A program made the position numbers and the translations under genes. Positions 8,450 to 17,746 of a DNA stretch of 55,927 nt are shown in pieces; the stretch's first letter is position 1, and each line of letters begins with the position of its first letter. The notes beneath the pieces are model-generated. The model worked only from the letters and a program-made list of their open reading frames with translations. It searched no databases and was not told the origin of the DNA. The stretch is from NCBI GenBank assembly GCA_001683905.1, contig LXQK01000131.1, positions 5,560 through 61,486 of the forward strand, given 5' to 3'. Source of the DNA: Marivirga sp. ANT-B6 (GTDB lineage: Bacteria; Bacteroidota; Bacteroidia; Cytophagales; Cyclobacteriaceae).

Positions 8450-9886
8450 ATGAATGATGACCTTCATAGAATATTAATTAAAGGCGGTGTTACGTCGCCT
8501 GGGGAACTTAAGGATATAATCACCATGCTAGAGGCTGCGGGTTTAAGCACAGTATTTTTTGGCTCCAGACAGGATATTTTATTTCCTCTAAAAGATGCCA
8601 AGGAAGAACAGCTGGAAGGTATCTCCAAATTGAATACGGATATTATTGGTAACCGTTCCTATCAAAATATTGTAAGCTCCTACGTTTCAGCAGATATTTT
8701 TGATATGACGTATTGGTTGAAAGGATCTACCTATCTCTATATTTTGGAAGGATTCGATTTTTCACCAAAGCTAAAAATCAATATTACGGACCCTAAACAA
8801 CGTTTGGTTCCTATTTTTAATGGCAATCTTAATTTTATTGCTTCTGACAGTGAGGATTATTGGTATCTGAATATAAAGCTGCCGCATTGGAAAACTTCGG
8901 CCTTTTATCCGGTACTTATTTATAGTTGGGATATCAATATCGTTTCAAAACGTATCGAAGAAATCCACGAAGATATTCAGGATGTGGAGGAACTTTTTTT
9001 TGTGATGAACAAGCACTTGGAGACTAACAATAAGACCATGGAAAAGGAATTGAAGATACCTTTTCAAACCTTTCCCTACTACGAAGGAATGAACAGATTG
9101 GGAACGGACTCCTATTGGCTAGGACTTTATTGGCGAAACAATAAATACGACCTTCGTTTTTTAAAGGATTTTTGTGGATTTTGTTTGGACAATAGTATTG
9201 GTAAAATATGTGTTACCCCTTGGAAATCTTTTATCGTCAAAGGAATCAAAACATCCAGCAGACCAGAATTGGAACGCTTCTTAGGGAAACGAGGTATAAA
9301 TGTTCGGCATTCGCAATTGGAAATGAACTGGCACGTTCCTGTGGATGATGGCGAGGCATTGGAGCTTAAGAAATTCTTGGTCAGTAGTTTTGACCAAAAT
9401 GATATTAGCACCTATGGTCTTACCTTTGGTATCAGTAATGAAATGGGCAACCGATCACATTTTGCTTCGGTGGTTATTGAAAAAAATAGTTTGCCAACGC
9501 TGGTAAAGGATTTTGATGTTCGCCCGTCGTACAACGTCCTCTATTTTGAGAACTTTGACCCCAACACCCAGAACTATACTACCTATGCTCAAGATATCGA
9601 TAAGATTGAATTACCTGGGTTGTTGATGGAGTTGAGTAAAATGTATTTTGATCAATTGGGAAGGGCAACAGATTCAGAAAAAATTACCACAAAAGAGGTA
9701 GTTGACACAAAACACCGTGTCTATCAATGTCAAGATTGCTTTACGGTTTATGATGAGGTATTGGGGGATGGAGTGGCGGGTATTCATCCCGGCACAAAAT
9801 TCGGTGTCCTGCCAGACACTTATTCTTGCCCAGTTTGCGATGGCCCTAAAAGCAACTTTTCAGAAACCTTTTTGCTTATCGAATAA
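8450..9886 (+). CDS. Nitrite/sulfite-reductase-fold protein (two ferredoxin-like half domains) lacking the siroheme/[4Fe-4S] cysteine tetrad, with a C-terminal rubredoxin domain
   Basis: The N-terminus ILIKGGVTSPGELKDIITMLEAAGLSTVFFGSRQDILFPL fits the NIR_SIR ferredoxin-like half-domain pattern. A second copy is YWLGLYWRNNKYDLRFLKDFCGFCLDNSIGKICVTPWKSFIVKGI. The C-terminus YQCQDC...YSCPVCDGPK is a rubredoxin Cx2C...CPxCG motif. There are only 7 Cys in total, 4 of them in the rubredoxin. The gene starts 10 nt after the nasA stop. Confidence 0.7.
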   Translation: MNDDLHRILIKGGVTSPGELKDIITMLEAAGLSTVFFGSRQDILFPLKDAKEEQLEGISKLNTDIIGNRSYQNIVSSYVSADIFDMTYWLKGSTYLYILEGFDFSPKLKINITDPKQRLVPIFNGNLNFIASDSEDYWYLNIKLPHWKTSAFYPVLIYSWDINIVSKRIEEIHEDIQDVEELFFVMNKHLETNNKTMEKELKIPFQTFPYYEGMNRLGTDSYWLGLYWRNNKYDLRFLKDFCGFCLDNSIGKICVTPWKSFIVKGIKTSSRPELERFLGKRGINVRHSQLEMNWHVPVDDGEALELKKFLVSSFDQNDISTYGLTFGISNEMGNRSHFASVVIEKNSLPTLVKDFDVRPSYNVLYFENFDPNTQNYTTYAQDIDKIELPGLLMELSKMYFDQLGRATDSEKITTKEVVDTKHRVYQCQDCFTVYDEVLGDGVAGIHPGTKFGVLPDTYSCPVCDGPKSNFSETFLLIE

Positions 9887-10036
9887 TTATAATATTTTTC
9901 GTCTCTGCCAACTTTGATTTTTAAATCTGAAACAAGTTCATTATTCGGTAATAACACATTTGAAATACTAGCGCTTCCATACTTTCAGCATTTATCTTTC
10001 CCTACTTTAATATATTTTATGATAAAAGGAGCTTAA

Positions 10037-10069
10037 GATAGAAGGAATCATCCTAATAATCCTTCTATC
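10037..10069. terminator. Possible hairpin between convergent genes (GATAGAAGG-N15-CCTTCTATC)
   Basis: Perfect 9-bp inverted repeat read directly, with no clean T-tract on either side. Confidence 0.3.
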
Positions 10070-10113
10070 GTAATGTCCTGAATCCATCACGCAATTTGAA
10101 TTGACCATAAGCG

Positions 10114-13100
10114 CTACTGCGCCCCTGCATGGCAGGTACAACCTGGTGTAGAAAAGCTGCCTGTACTTTCATGCCATGGAAAAGCCTGGCTTGTTTTATT
10201 CTTTTCCCAATAAAAACTTCCTCGTTCTTTAGGCCTGTTGCCAATTTCATGCATTGTCCCGGCGTCATATAGCCGTCCATTCACCATGGTGTAGATGATG
10301 CTTTCCGAATTTCTAATGTCGTCGAGCGGATTATTCTCCAGGACGAGGAGATCGGCCAGTTTTCCTACTTCCAGCGAGCCAATTTCTGCACCCATGCCAA
10401 TGTAATTCGCACCATTGATGGTAGCAGCCTGCAGTGCTTCCATATTGGTCATGCCACCCATTTGTAATAGCCATAGCTCCCAATGGGCACCAATGCCCTG
10501 CATCTGCCCGTGGGCACCCAGGTTCACCTTAACGCCTACATCGGCAAGCGCTTTGGCGGTTTGAGAGACCAGAACAGGGCCCTGCTGATATTCTTCTTCA
10601 GGCACCATGGTTCTATGGCGGGATCTTGCATCTACGATATGCCGCGGCGTAAAATTCAGTAGCCTTTCGTTTTCCCAAACATTGGTTTTTTCGTAGAAAT
10701 AATATTCTCCGTTTATTCCCCCGTAATTGACAATCAGCGTAGGTGTGTAGCCAGTATTGCTGTTGCCCCACAGGGTAAAGATATCTTTATAAACCGGGGC
10801 AACGGGAATATTATGCTCGATTCCTGTGTGCCCGTCTACAACCATACTCATATTATGAAAAAAAGTGCTGCCACCTTCCGGTACTACATTCATGCCAAGC
10901 TCTTTGGCAGCTTGCATGATCTGTTGCCGCTGCTCTCGGCGCGGCTGGTTATAGCTTTTTACGGAAGTCGCACCAAAAGCTTTCGTTCGTCGTAGGGCAG
11001 ATCGGGCATCTTCTAGGCTATTGACTTCGGCTTTAAAATCTCCTTCGGCACCGTATAGGATGATTCCTGTAGAAAATAACCTTGGCCCAACACTTTGTCC
11101 TGCTTTGATAAGTTCTGAAATGCCAAATACAGTTTCGCTCAAAGCAGAGGGGTCATGCGCGGTGGTTACACCAAAAGCGAGGTTGGCATATGCCGGCCAA
11201 TGTTTTTGTGGCGTAAGACCATATCGGAAAGCACCAATATGCGCATGAGCATCTACGATGCCTGGCATAATCGTTTTCCCCGCCACATCATAGACTTTAG
11301 CGCCTTTGGGGACTTCTACCTCAGCGGCATTACCGAGGGCAACAATCTTGTTTTCGCGGATTACAATCGTTCCATTTTCAATTACCTGACCGCCATTCAT
11401 TGTTATAATCCGGGCATTGGTAAAGGCAATAACACCTTGGGGAACATCTGCTTTCATCTCGAGGCCAATCGTTATCCCTGTTTCAGTAACGGGAGCAACA
11501 GAATCCGGTGAATTGGGGAGAAAGGTAAATTTCTCAGAAACCTGGTTGGTATAATATGTATCCCCTAATGTCCAGTTGATTTGCTGGCTATTATTCGACC
11601 AATGAAGGTTCATACCAGCATCTTTGGTGATTTGCGCTACTGGAACGGTTTTAGTCTTTCCATCCAGATCGATAGTCTTGCCGGTAGTGACCAACGGCGC
11701 TATATATCCCTGGTGTAGCTGGGTAAACGCTATCCATCTGTTATCGGGGCTAGGCACCAGCCGGTTTGCATTTTTGGACTGAACATGTACTCGCTCGTCT
11801 TTTCCATTCAGATCGACACTCTTCAGTTTTTTGGTAAGGTCACCAAAAAACATCCCGCCTGTCTGAAAAAAGACCCTATCGTCATCTTTACTAAATACAG
11901 GAAATTCACCTTCATCAACTACTTTCTTTACACTTTCGCCAGAAGCACTCATCGTGTAAATGCCTGGTTCCTTGGCAAAGGTCCTTCCCTGGTCGGTATT
12001 GCCACTCTCGCGCGTAAATACGATCATCCGGCCGTCTTGCGATGAGGAAGGATTTCGATAAATCCCTTTCTCCTTAGTGAGGGATACGGGATTTCCTCCT
12101 GATAAAGCTACCTTCTTAATTGCCCCCATGCTGGCATCACTCCACGTTACAAAGATGATATCTTTTCCATTATTTGTAAAAGCCGGCTCAAACTCAAATT
12201 CCACGCCCTGGGTAAGTCGTTGAGGTTTTCCGTTCGGAAGGCTCTTCTTATACAAGTATCCTACAGCATTAAAAACCAGGGTTTTCCCATCGGGCGATGT
12301 TACCGCATGACGAATCACTTTCGGATTAAATGTCTCCGAAAATACCTGGTGCTTTGCCCGGTGGGTCTCAGCGACTTGGATGGTATTATTTACTTCAAAA
12401 GGTATATCCTGCGCCTTTAGTGTGTTTATATTGATCCGCTTAATCTTTCCAGCGACCCATATGACGATTTCCTCGCTGCCAGGCAGCCAGGAAAATCCCG
12501 GATAAACACCAAAAATAGCCCAGGCCTCCTGTTGATCTTTGCTTAGCTGATCGAATACAGGCCATTCTTCGCCCGTCTTCAGGTCATGAATATAAAGGAC
12601 GGATTTGGTCCTGACGCGTTTGACAAAAGCAAGCTTATTCCCATCGCGAGACACCTGCGGGCGGGCCGCGCCACCCGGTCCACCTGTAATCGTCTCGGTC
12701 GCCCCGGTTTTGAATTCATACCGCTTGATTACATAGATCTGCTTGTTAGGATCTTTATTATACTGAAACATGCCACCTGGGTACATATCTTCGCTATAAT
12801 AGAGGTAGCGCCCATCAGGAGAAACTGACGGTTCATTCACATCCTGTTGATCGTTTTTTCTTTCCGTAAGCTGAAGGCCTTCGCTGCCGGCTATGTGATA
12901 TTGCCACATTTCCCCTGCGCCAAGAGAGCGCCCGGAAGTAAAATGCTTTCTTGCAATAATGGAATTCCCATCTATCGTCCAAACTGCATTGTTCAAAAGT
13001 CTGAATGTTTCCTTGGTTAGCTGCTTTGGGTCGGAACCATCGATATTCATGATCCAGATATTATCACCACCTCCTGCATCGCTGGTGAAGGCAATTTTTT

Positions 13101-13419
13101 GGCCATCTGGACTGAACCTTGGCTGCACCTCGTAAGCCATGCCACTGCGCAGCGCTGTTGCTTTTCCCCCACCCATTGGCATGGTATAGATATCACCCAA
13201 GAGATCAAAGACGATTATTTTTCCATCAGGGCTGACGTCCAGGTTCATCCAGGTTCCTTCATCAGTGTTTAAAGGTACATCCTTGATGTTCCAGCTTTCA
13301 TCATAGGGGTGATTTACATCCCACTTTTTATCCTTCTTCTCTTTAGGTTCGTTGTCCTGCGAGAATGATAGGATTGAAGATATCAAAAGCAATACAATCA
13401 TCGAAAATTTATAGCGCAT
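10114..13419 (-). CDS. Secreted PD40/TolB-like beta-propeller protein fused to a C-terminal metal-dependent amidohydrolase domain
   Basis: Signal peptide MRYKFSMIVLLLISSILSFSQ. Repeated PD40-type motifs include SPDGKIIVF, SPDGQKIAFTS, SPDGRYLYYS, SRDGNKLAFV, SPDGKTLVF, SQDGRMIVFT and SPDNRWIAFT. Amidohydrolase signatures are PGIVDAHAHIG and VDGHTGIEH. Confidence 0.85.
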   Translation of the reverse strand: MRYKFSMIVLLLISSILSFSQDNEPKEKKDKKWDVNHPYDESWNIKDVPLNTDEGTWMNLDVSPDGKIIVFDLLGDIYTMPMGGGKATALRSGMAYEVQPRFSPDGQKIAFTSDAGGGDNIWIMNIDGSDPKQLTKETFRLLNNAVWTIDGNSIIARKHFTSGRSLGAGEMWQYHIAGSEGLQLTERKNDQQDVNEPSVSPDGRYLYYSEDMYPGGMFQYNKDPNKQIYVIKRYEFKTGATETITGGPGGAARPQVSRDGNKLAFVKRVRTKSVLYIHDLKTGEEWPVFDQLSKDQQEAWAIFGVYPGFSWLPGSEEIVIWVAGKIKRININTLKAQDIPFEVNNTIQVAETHRAKHQVFSETFNPKVIRHAVTSPDGKTLVFNAVGYLYKKSLPNGKPQRLTQGVEFEFEPAFTNNGKDIIFVTWSDASMGAIKKVALSGGNPVSLTKEKGIYRNPSSSQDGRMIVFTRESGNTDQGRTFAKEPGIYTMSASGESVKKVVDEGEFPVFSKDDDRVFFQTGGMFFGDLTKKLKSVDLNGKDERVHVQSKNANRLVPSPDNRWIAFTQLHQGYIAPLVTTGKTIDLDGKTKTVPVAQITKDAGMNLHWSNNSQQINWTLGDTYYTNQVSEKFTFLPNSPDSVAPVTETGITIGLEMKADVPQGVIAFTNARIITMNGGQVIENGTIVIRENKIVALGNAAEVEVPKGAKVYDVAGKTIMPGIVDAHAHIGAFRYGLTPQKHWPAYANLAFGVTTAHDPSALSETVFGISELIKAGQSVGPRLFSTGIILYGAEGDFKAEVNSLEDARSALRRTKAFGATSVKSYNQPRREQRQQIMQAAKELGMNVVPEGGSTFFHNMSMVVDGHTGIEHNIPVAPVYKDIFTLWGNSNTGYTPTLIVNYGGINGEYYFYEKTNVWENERLLNFTPRHIVDARSRHRTMVPEEEYQQGPVLVSQTAKALADVGVKVNLGAHGQMQGIGAHWELWLLQMGGMTNMEALQAATINGANYIGMGAEIGSLEVGKLADLLVLENNPLDDIRNSESIIYTMVNGRLYDAGTMHEIGNRPKERGSFYWEKNKTSQAFPWHESTGSFSTPGCTCHAGAQ

Positions 13420-13480
13420 GGTATTTCTATATTTAGGAGCTAAATATACAGATTCTTTAGATTGGATTTTAAAACGTTAG

Positions 13481-13570
13481 AAAAAAGCCTGTCGTGTCAC
13501 CTCAGTGATGAATTTTGTATCATTGGTCCGAACGAGGTGCTAAGGAGAAACGGGTGAGAAACATCAGGCT
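13481..13570 (-). terminator. Nested inverted repeats followed by T6 (minus-strand sense), a probable terminator of the LVIVD/beta-barrel pair
   Basis: AGCCTG (13486-13491) pairs with CAGGCT (13565-13570), enclosing CACCTC (13498-13503) paired with GAGGTG (13534-13539). The A6 run at 13481-13486 reads as T6 after the structure on the minus strand. Confidence 0.4.
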
Positions 13571-13631
13571 ATAGCGTAGCGCTGGGCAAATAGCTGAAAG
13601 TGATTTGAATCCGAGAATTTGACTAAATGGA

Positions 13632-14240
13632 TTAAAACATAAAACCTATCCGCAATGACATTCTGTTGTAGGTGATGCTTTGCCTGGTAGTAACGCCCCA
13701 ACCTGATGCCATCTCAGACTTCACCGTTTGCCTTTTAAAGCCTATGCCAAAAAGGAAGGCGGTTTGGTTACCGGTTTCTACCCGTAAACCTAATCCCGGA
13801 TTAAAAAACCACCCCCCCTCAGGCCGGCGGTCAAACGCTTTCCCACTGAGAAAGGTCGCACCGTATCCGCCGTCTAGGCTATAATATGGGCTTAGTTTTG
13901 CTCTTAAAAAAGTACCCCTGACGCCTACTCCAATCGGAGTCACCAGGGCGATTTCATAAAAGTCGAATCCGGTGGTGAGCCCAACAGTAAACAGGCGATG
14001 GAATTGATAGCCATTAAAGATCAAAACACTCGGTGAGGCCAAATAAGATGGTGGATTACCAAAAGGGTTTTCCAGTTTGCCATATAGAAATCCAAGTTCA
14101 ATACCCCCGATATAGCCTGGCGTAAAAGGATGTGTTGAATTAGGCGAAGGTTCAGCCGCCGAGCCATCTTGCTCTTGCGCTGAAACATACCCGACAGGAA
14201 TCAATAAAAGCAAATATAGCACTACCCAAAGGTATCTCAT
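13632..14240 (-). CDS. Small putative outer-membrane beta-barrel protein
   Basis: Signal peptide MRYLWVVLYLLLLIPVGYVSAQ, Gly/aromatic-rich alternating strands and a C-terminal ...LRIGFMF ending in Phe. The ATG at 14240 is preferred; the ORF-track start at 14249 is a GTG abutting the upstream stop. Confidence 0.6.
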   Translation of the reverse strand: MRYLWVVLYLLLLIPVGYVSAQEQDGSAAEPSPNSTHPFTPGYIGGIELGFLYGKLENPFGNPPSYLASPSVLIFNGYQFHRLFTVGLTTGFDFYEIALVTPIGVGVRGTFLRAKLSPYYSLDGGYGATFLSGKAFDRRPEGGWFFNPGLGLRVETGNQTAFLFGIGFKRQTVKSEMASGWGVTTRQSITYNRMSLRIGFMF

Positions 14241-14249
14241 TCTATGCAC

Positions 14250-15524
14250 TTACCTGGTGATTGATAATTTACTTAATAGTTTAATCTCTTTTGGATCGCT
14301 ATAATCGTACTGGTAAAGCCCATCTTTTCCAACCAGCAAAAGGTGGGTGCCCAACGGAATGACATCAAATGCGTCGTGATCTTTGAAATGTGCCAGCATA
14401 CTTTCGTTGATCTTCATATGATTGGTAATATCAAATACTTTAAGTCCAAACTCACCTTCACAAAGGAAAAGCGAAGTTCCGTCTATGCCCAGCCCGTGGG
14501 GATTTTGCATCGGGTAAATCTTTAGCAATTGCGGTGAGCGTGGGTCACTGACGTCTAATAACTCCAACTGGTTGGTAAAGCCTTCACAGGTGTTGCCAGA
14601 ACGCAAAGTCACCCATGCCAGATCACCCTCAACCACTACCGGATCACAACTTCTTACATGTGAATAGGTAGAAAGATGCTCCGGTGCTGTCGGGTTGGTA
14701 TTATCGTAGATGTGCATGCCGGTGTTAGAACCAATGAATAACTTATTCTGATAGGGAAAAATAGTTTCTATACCCCATCCAAGACTGATTTTTGTGCCTT
14801 CCAATGGGTCGGCAGCATCGGCAATATCGAAAACCTGCAAATCGCTCATGCTAACGGTGTACAGATGATTTCCGGTAATGGTAAACCGCGCCATAGAACC
14901 ACCCTTGCCAGCAGACCCTCCTCCACCGGGGACTGCAGAGGTTGAAAATTGTCGTGCCGAAATCCCGTCCTCCATCCAAAAAGTTCTGTACCGGGTATTA
15001 TATTGTTCTATTGTCTCTGTAATCGTCTTTTCTTCAAACCTGGCGATGAATACCTTGGCTGTATCGCTTACGATCATCCCGTAGGTAGGGAAAACATTTT
15101 CAACCCGCTTCACAAGCTTTACCTCAAGTGGATTACTGATGTCCAGGGCGACCAAATCGATATAGCTATCAGCATAGAGTATATTATCTTTAATAGCCAT
15201 GTCGATATTCCCAGGAATGTCGATGAAGCTAACGAATTGAGGCGACGCAGGATTAGCGTTGTTTATCACATGAATGCCTTTGTCTACCTCATTGATAAAT
15301 AAAAAATTGCTTTTAGTGTAAATTTTTCCTGTACTTCCCAATCCCCTGGGCGCTGTTACTTTTACAGCCTCCTGCAAATCTGCCCTCAGCATATAAACGG
15401 GCTCTTGAATGGTGTACGTGATCGTTGTTTCCACTTCGTCGGTGCAGGAGGTAAACAACACACATGGCACCAGCAGTACCATGCAATATAAGTGTTTGAT
15501 CAACGATAGATATAGGGGCTTCAT
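14250..15524 (-). CDS. LVIVD-repeat beta-propeller lipoprotein
   Basis: Lipobox ...VLFTSC. Repeated LVIVD-like motifs include LVALDISNP, LQVFDIADAADP, LELLDVSDPRSP and LKVFDITNH. Confidence 0.75.
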   Translation of the reverse strand: MKPLYLSLIKHLYCMVLLVPCVLFTSCTDEVETTITYTIQEPVYMLRADLQEAVKVTAPRGLGSTGKIYTKSNFLFINEVDKGIHVINNANPASPQFVSFIDIPGNIDMAIKDNILYADSYIDLVALDISNPLEVKLVKRVENVFPTYGMIVSDTAKVFIARFEEKTITETIEQYNTRYRTFWMEDGISARQFSTSAVPGGGGSAGKGGSMARFTITGNHLYTVSMSDLQVFDIADAADPLEGTKISLGWGIETIFPYQNKLFIGSNTGMHIYDNTNPTAPEHLSTYSHVRSCDPVVVEGDLAWVTLRSGNTCEGFTNQLELLDVSDPRSPQLLKIYPMQNPHGLGIDGTSLFLCEGEFGLKVFDITNHMKINESMLAHFKDHDAFDVIPLGTHLLLVGKDGLYQYDYSDPKEIKLLSKLSITR

Positions 15525-16133
15525 AAGGTCGGGTTTAAAAATTTCGTGTTTTTCTTGTCACTTTACTTGACTCTATATTTGTACGAAAGGTTGGAATCCT
15601 CTGTGAAATATTTTTTATATGCCATGAGATGGCGATAATATTACAAATTGCGTCTCACCTACCCTACTTTTAAAAGTCACTAAAGATTCACCAGCTTTTA
15701 GACAGACTGCTGCTTTGTTAGGCAGCAAAATTTAACGAACTTTTAATGTGACTACTGAAGATTTAGATTCTGTTATTCCTTTCCCCGGAAAAGTCGCCGA
15801 TGAATTTTAAGCACCGACGATAGAAGCCTGGATAATTGCTTACCTTGATATATGTCAATTGAAGTGAATACGATGCCTGGGATAGTGAGCCCCTGCCACA
15901 TCGCTGGAGGTATCTTCAGGCCACAGCACAGCATTTGGCTAAAATGCATGCGGGCTCAAGCATCAGCGACCGGGAGGATGAGTTTCTGATTGATAAATTT
16001 TCTGGCAATTCCGCATTTTCTGGCGTATCAGTGACGATACAACAGGTGGATTAGATAAAATATAGCAAGTATTCAAGGCAAAAGAAGGAGATGATCAACT
16101 TGCACCCCTTCTTCGATAAATTTGAAATGAATG

Positions 16134-16358
16134 CTATACTTTCTTTGGTGGAAGATCGAAAGCTACTGCTTCATCCTCGAAATTCCCTTTGTGTGAACCA
16201 TCGCAAAACGGCTTGTTCTTGGAAAGGCCACAACGACAGATCGAAACAAGTGTTCTACCACCTAAATCATAGGTGTTGCCATTTTTATCTACGATTTCAA
16301 AATCGCCTTCTACCTTCAGTGACCCATTACTATTTACTGTTAATCTTGTTTTACTCAT
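16134..16358 (-). CDS. CDGSH-type iron-sulfur domain protein
   Basis: 74-aa ORF containing CRCGLSKNKPFCDGSH, the canonical CxCx2(S/T)x3PxCDG(S/A/T)H motif. Confidence 0.85.
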   Translation of the reverse strand: MSKTRLTVNSNGSLKVEGDFEIVDKNGNTYDLGGRTLVSICRCGLSKNKPFCDGSHKGNFEDEAVAFDLPPKKV

Positions 16359-16580
16359 TGATGCTTATTTTAAATTAATTTTTGAAGATAATAAAATCCT
16401 TGCGGATCGCCTCCATAAATTAATTTTTCGCTACCATTATGTAAAATATTCCGTTCATCAGCTTCAAAGATTACCCGTTAATAATAATAATTTTTCGAAA
16501 GCGATGAAGTATGTGCCACAGGATAGCTAACTTATAGGCAAAGTGAAGAAATTCGTATCATTGCATTAACTGCTAAAATC

Positions 16581-17729
16581 ATGTATCGAAGAATTGGTAT
16601 CATAGTCATATTAACGGCATTGGGGTGTAGCCAGAGGCAGCCTGTCACAGACGAGCGACAGCCAGAGGAAAACACCTGGGCTTTTGAAAATTTTGTAAAG
16701 GTAGACAGCCTCAATCCCATTTTAGAACCTCAACCGGCCTTACACTTCACTGACCCGATTACGGGAAATGATGTAAAGTGGGAAGAAAGAAATGTACTGA
16801 ACCCCACCGCTGTAGTCAGGGATGGCAAGGTATATCTATTGTATCGCGCACAGGACTCGCTTGGCACCTCGCGAATTGGCCTGGCCATCAGCGAAGATGG
16901 CCTACACTTCAACAAGCAAGAAGCGCCTGTCTTCTATCCCGACATGGATGGAATGAAGGTGTATGAATGGAATTATCAAAAAACAGAAGATAACACATCC
17001 AACACGGAAAATTGTATTTCCTGCTATTTCGATGGTGTTGAGGATCCTAGAATTGTAGAGCGTGAGGATGGGCGCTACATCATGACCTATACGGCCTATG
17101 ATGGAAAAACAGCACGCCTAAGCCTGGCCACTTCCACCGACCTGCTTACCTGGACGAAGCATGGCCTGGTGCTGAAAGATGAAAAATATAAAGATCTATG
17201 GTCGAAAGCTGGCGCGATTGTAGGAGAAAAGCGGGGCAATAAGATTGTGGCCAGGAAAATTGATGGCAAATACTGGATGTATTTTGGCGATACGGATTTA
17301 TTCATGGCTACGTCCACCGATTTGATCAACTGGGAAGTAGCAGAAAATGCCGAATCTCATCAGAAGATCTCGGTACTACACCCGCGGCCTGGGTACTTCG
17401 ATAGCCGCCTGGTGGAGCCTGGACCTTTCGCCTTGTATGGAGACGAGGGGATCTTATTGATCTACAACGCTAGCAACGCGGCTAATTACAATTTTGCTGG
17501 CTTACCTCAATATACTTATGCCGCCGGGCAAGCGCTTTTCGACAAAAACCAGCCTTACAAGCTGGTAGACCGTACAGACTCCTATTTTATTTACCCCGAC
17601 AAAGACTATGAAAAAGTTGGAGAAGTAAATGAAGTTTGTTTTGTTGAAGGACTTGTATTTTTTAAAAATCGGTGGTTCCTTTATTATGGCACGGCGGATT
17701 CTAAAATAGCCGTAGCAGTGAGCGACTAA
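16581..17729 (+). CDS. Glycoside hydrolase family 130 (DUF377-type beta-mannoside hydrolase/phosphorylase fold), lipoprotein
   Basis: Lipobox ILTALGCSQ. It shows NPTAVVRDGKVYLLYRA, GVEDPRIVEREDGRYIMTYTAYDG and WFLYYGTADSKIAVA, which are typical GH130 blades. Confidence 0.8.
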   Translation: MYRRIGIIVILTALGCSQRQPVTDERQPEENTWAFENFVKVDSLNPILEPQPALHFTDPITGNDVKWEERNVLNPTAVVRDGKVYLLYRAQDSLGTSRIGLAISEDGLHFNKQEAPVFYPDMDGMKVYEWNYQKTEDNTSNTENCISCYFDGVEDPRIVEREDGRYIMTYTAYDGKTARLSLATSTDLLTWTKHGLVLKDEKYKDLWSKAGAIVGEKRGNKIVARKIDGKYWMYFGDTDLFMATSTDLINWEVAENAESHQKISVLHPRPGYFDSRLVEPGPFALYGDEGILLIYNASNAANYNFAGLPQYTYAAGQALFDKNQPYKLVDRTDSYFIYPDKDYEKVGEVNEVCFVEGLVFFKNRWFLYYGTADSKIAVAVSD

Positions 17730-17746
17730 ATCCCATAAATAAAGTG

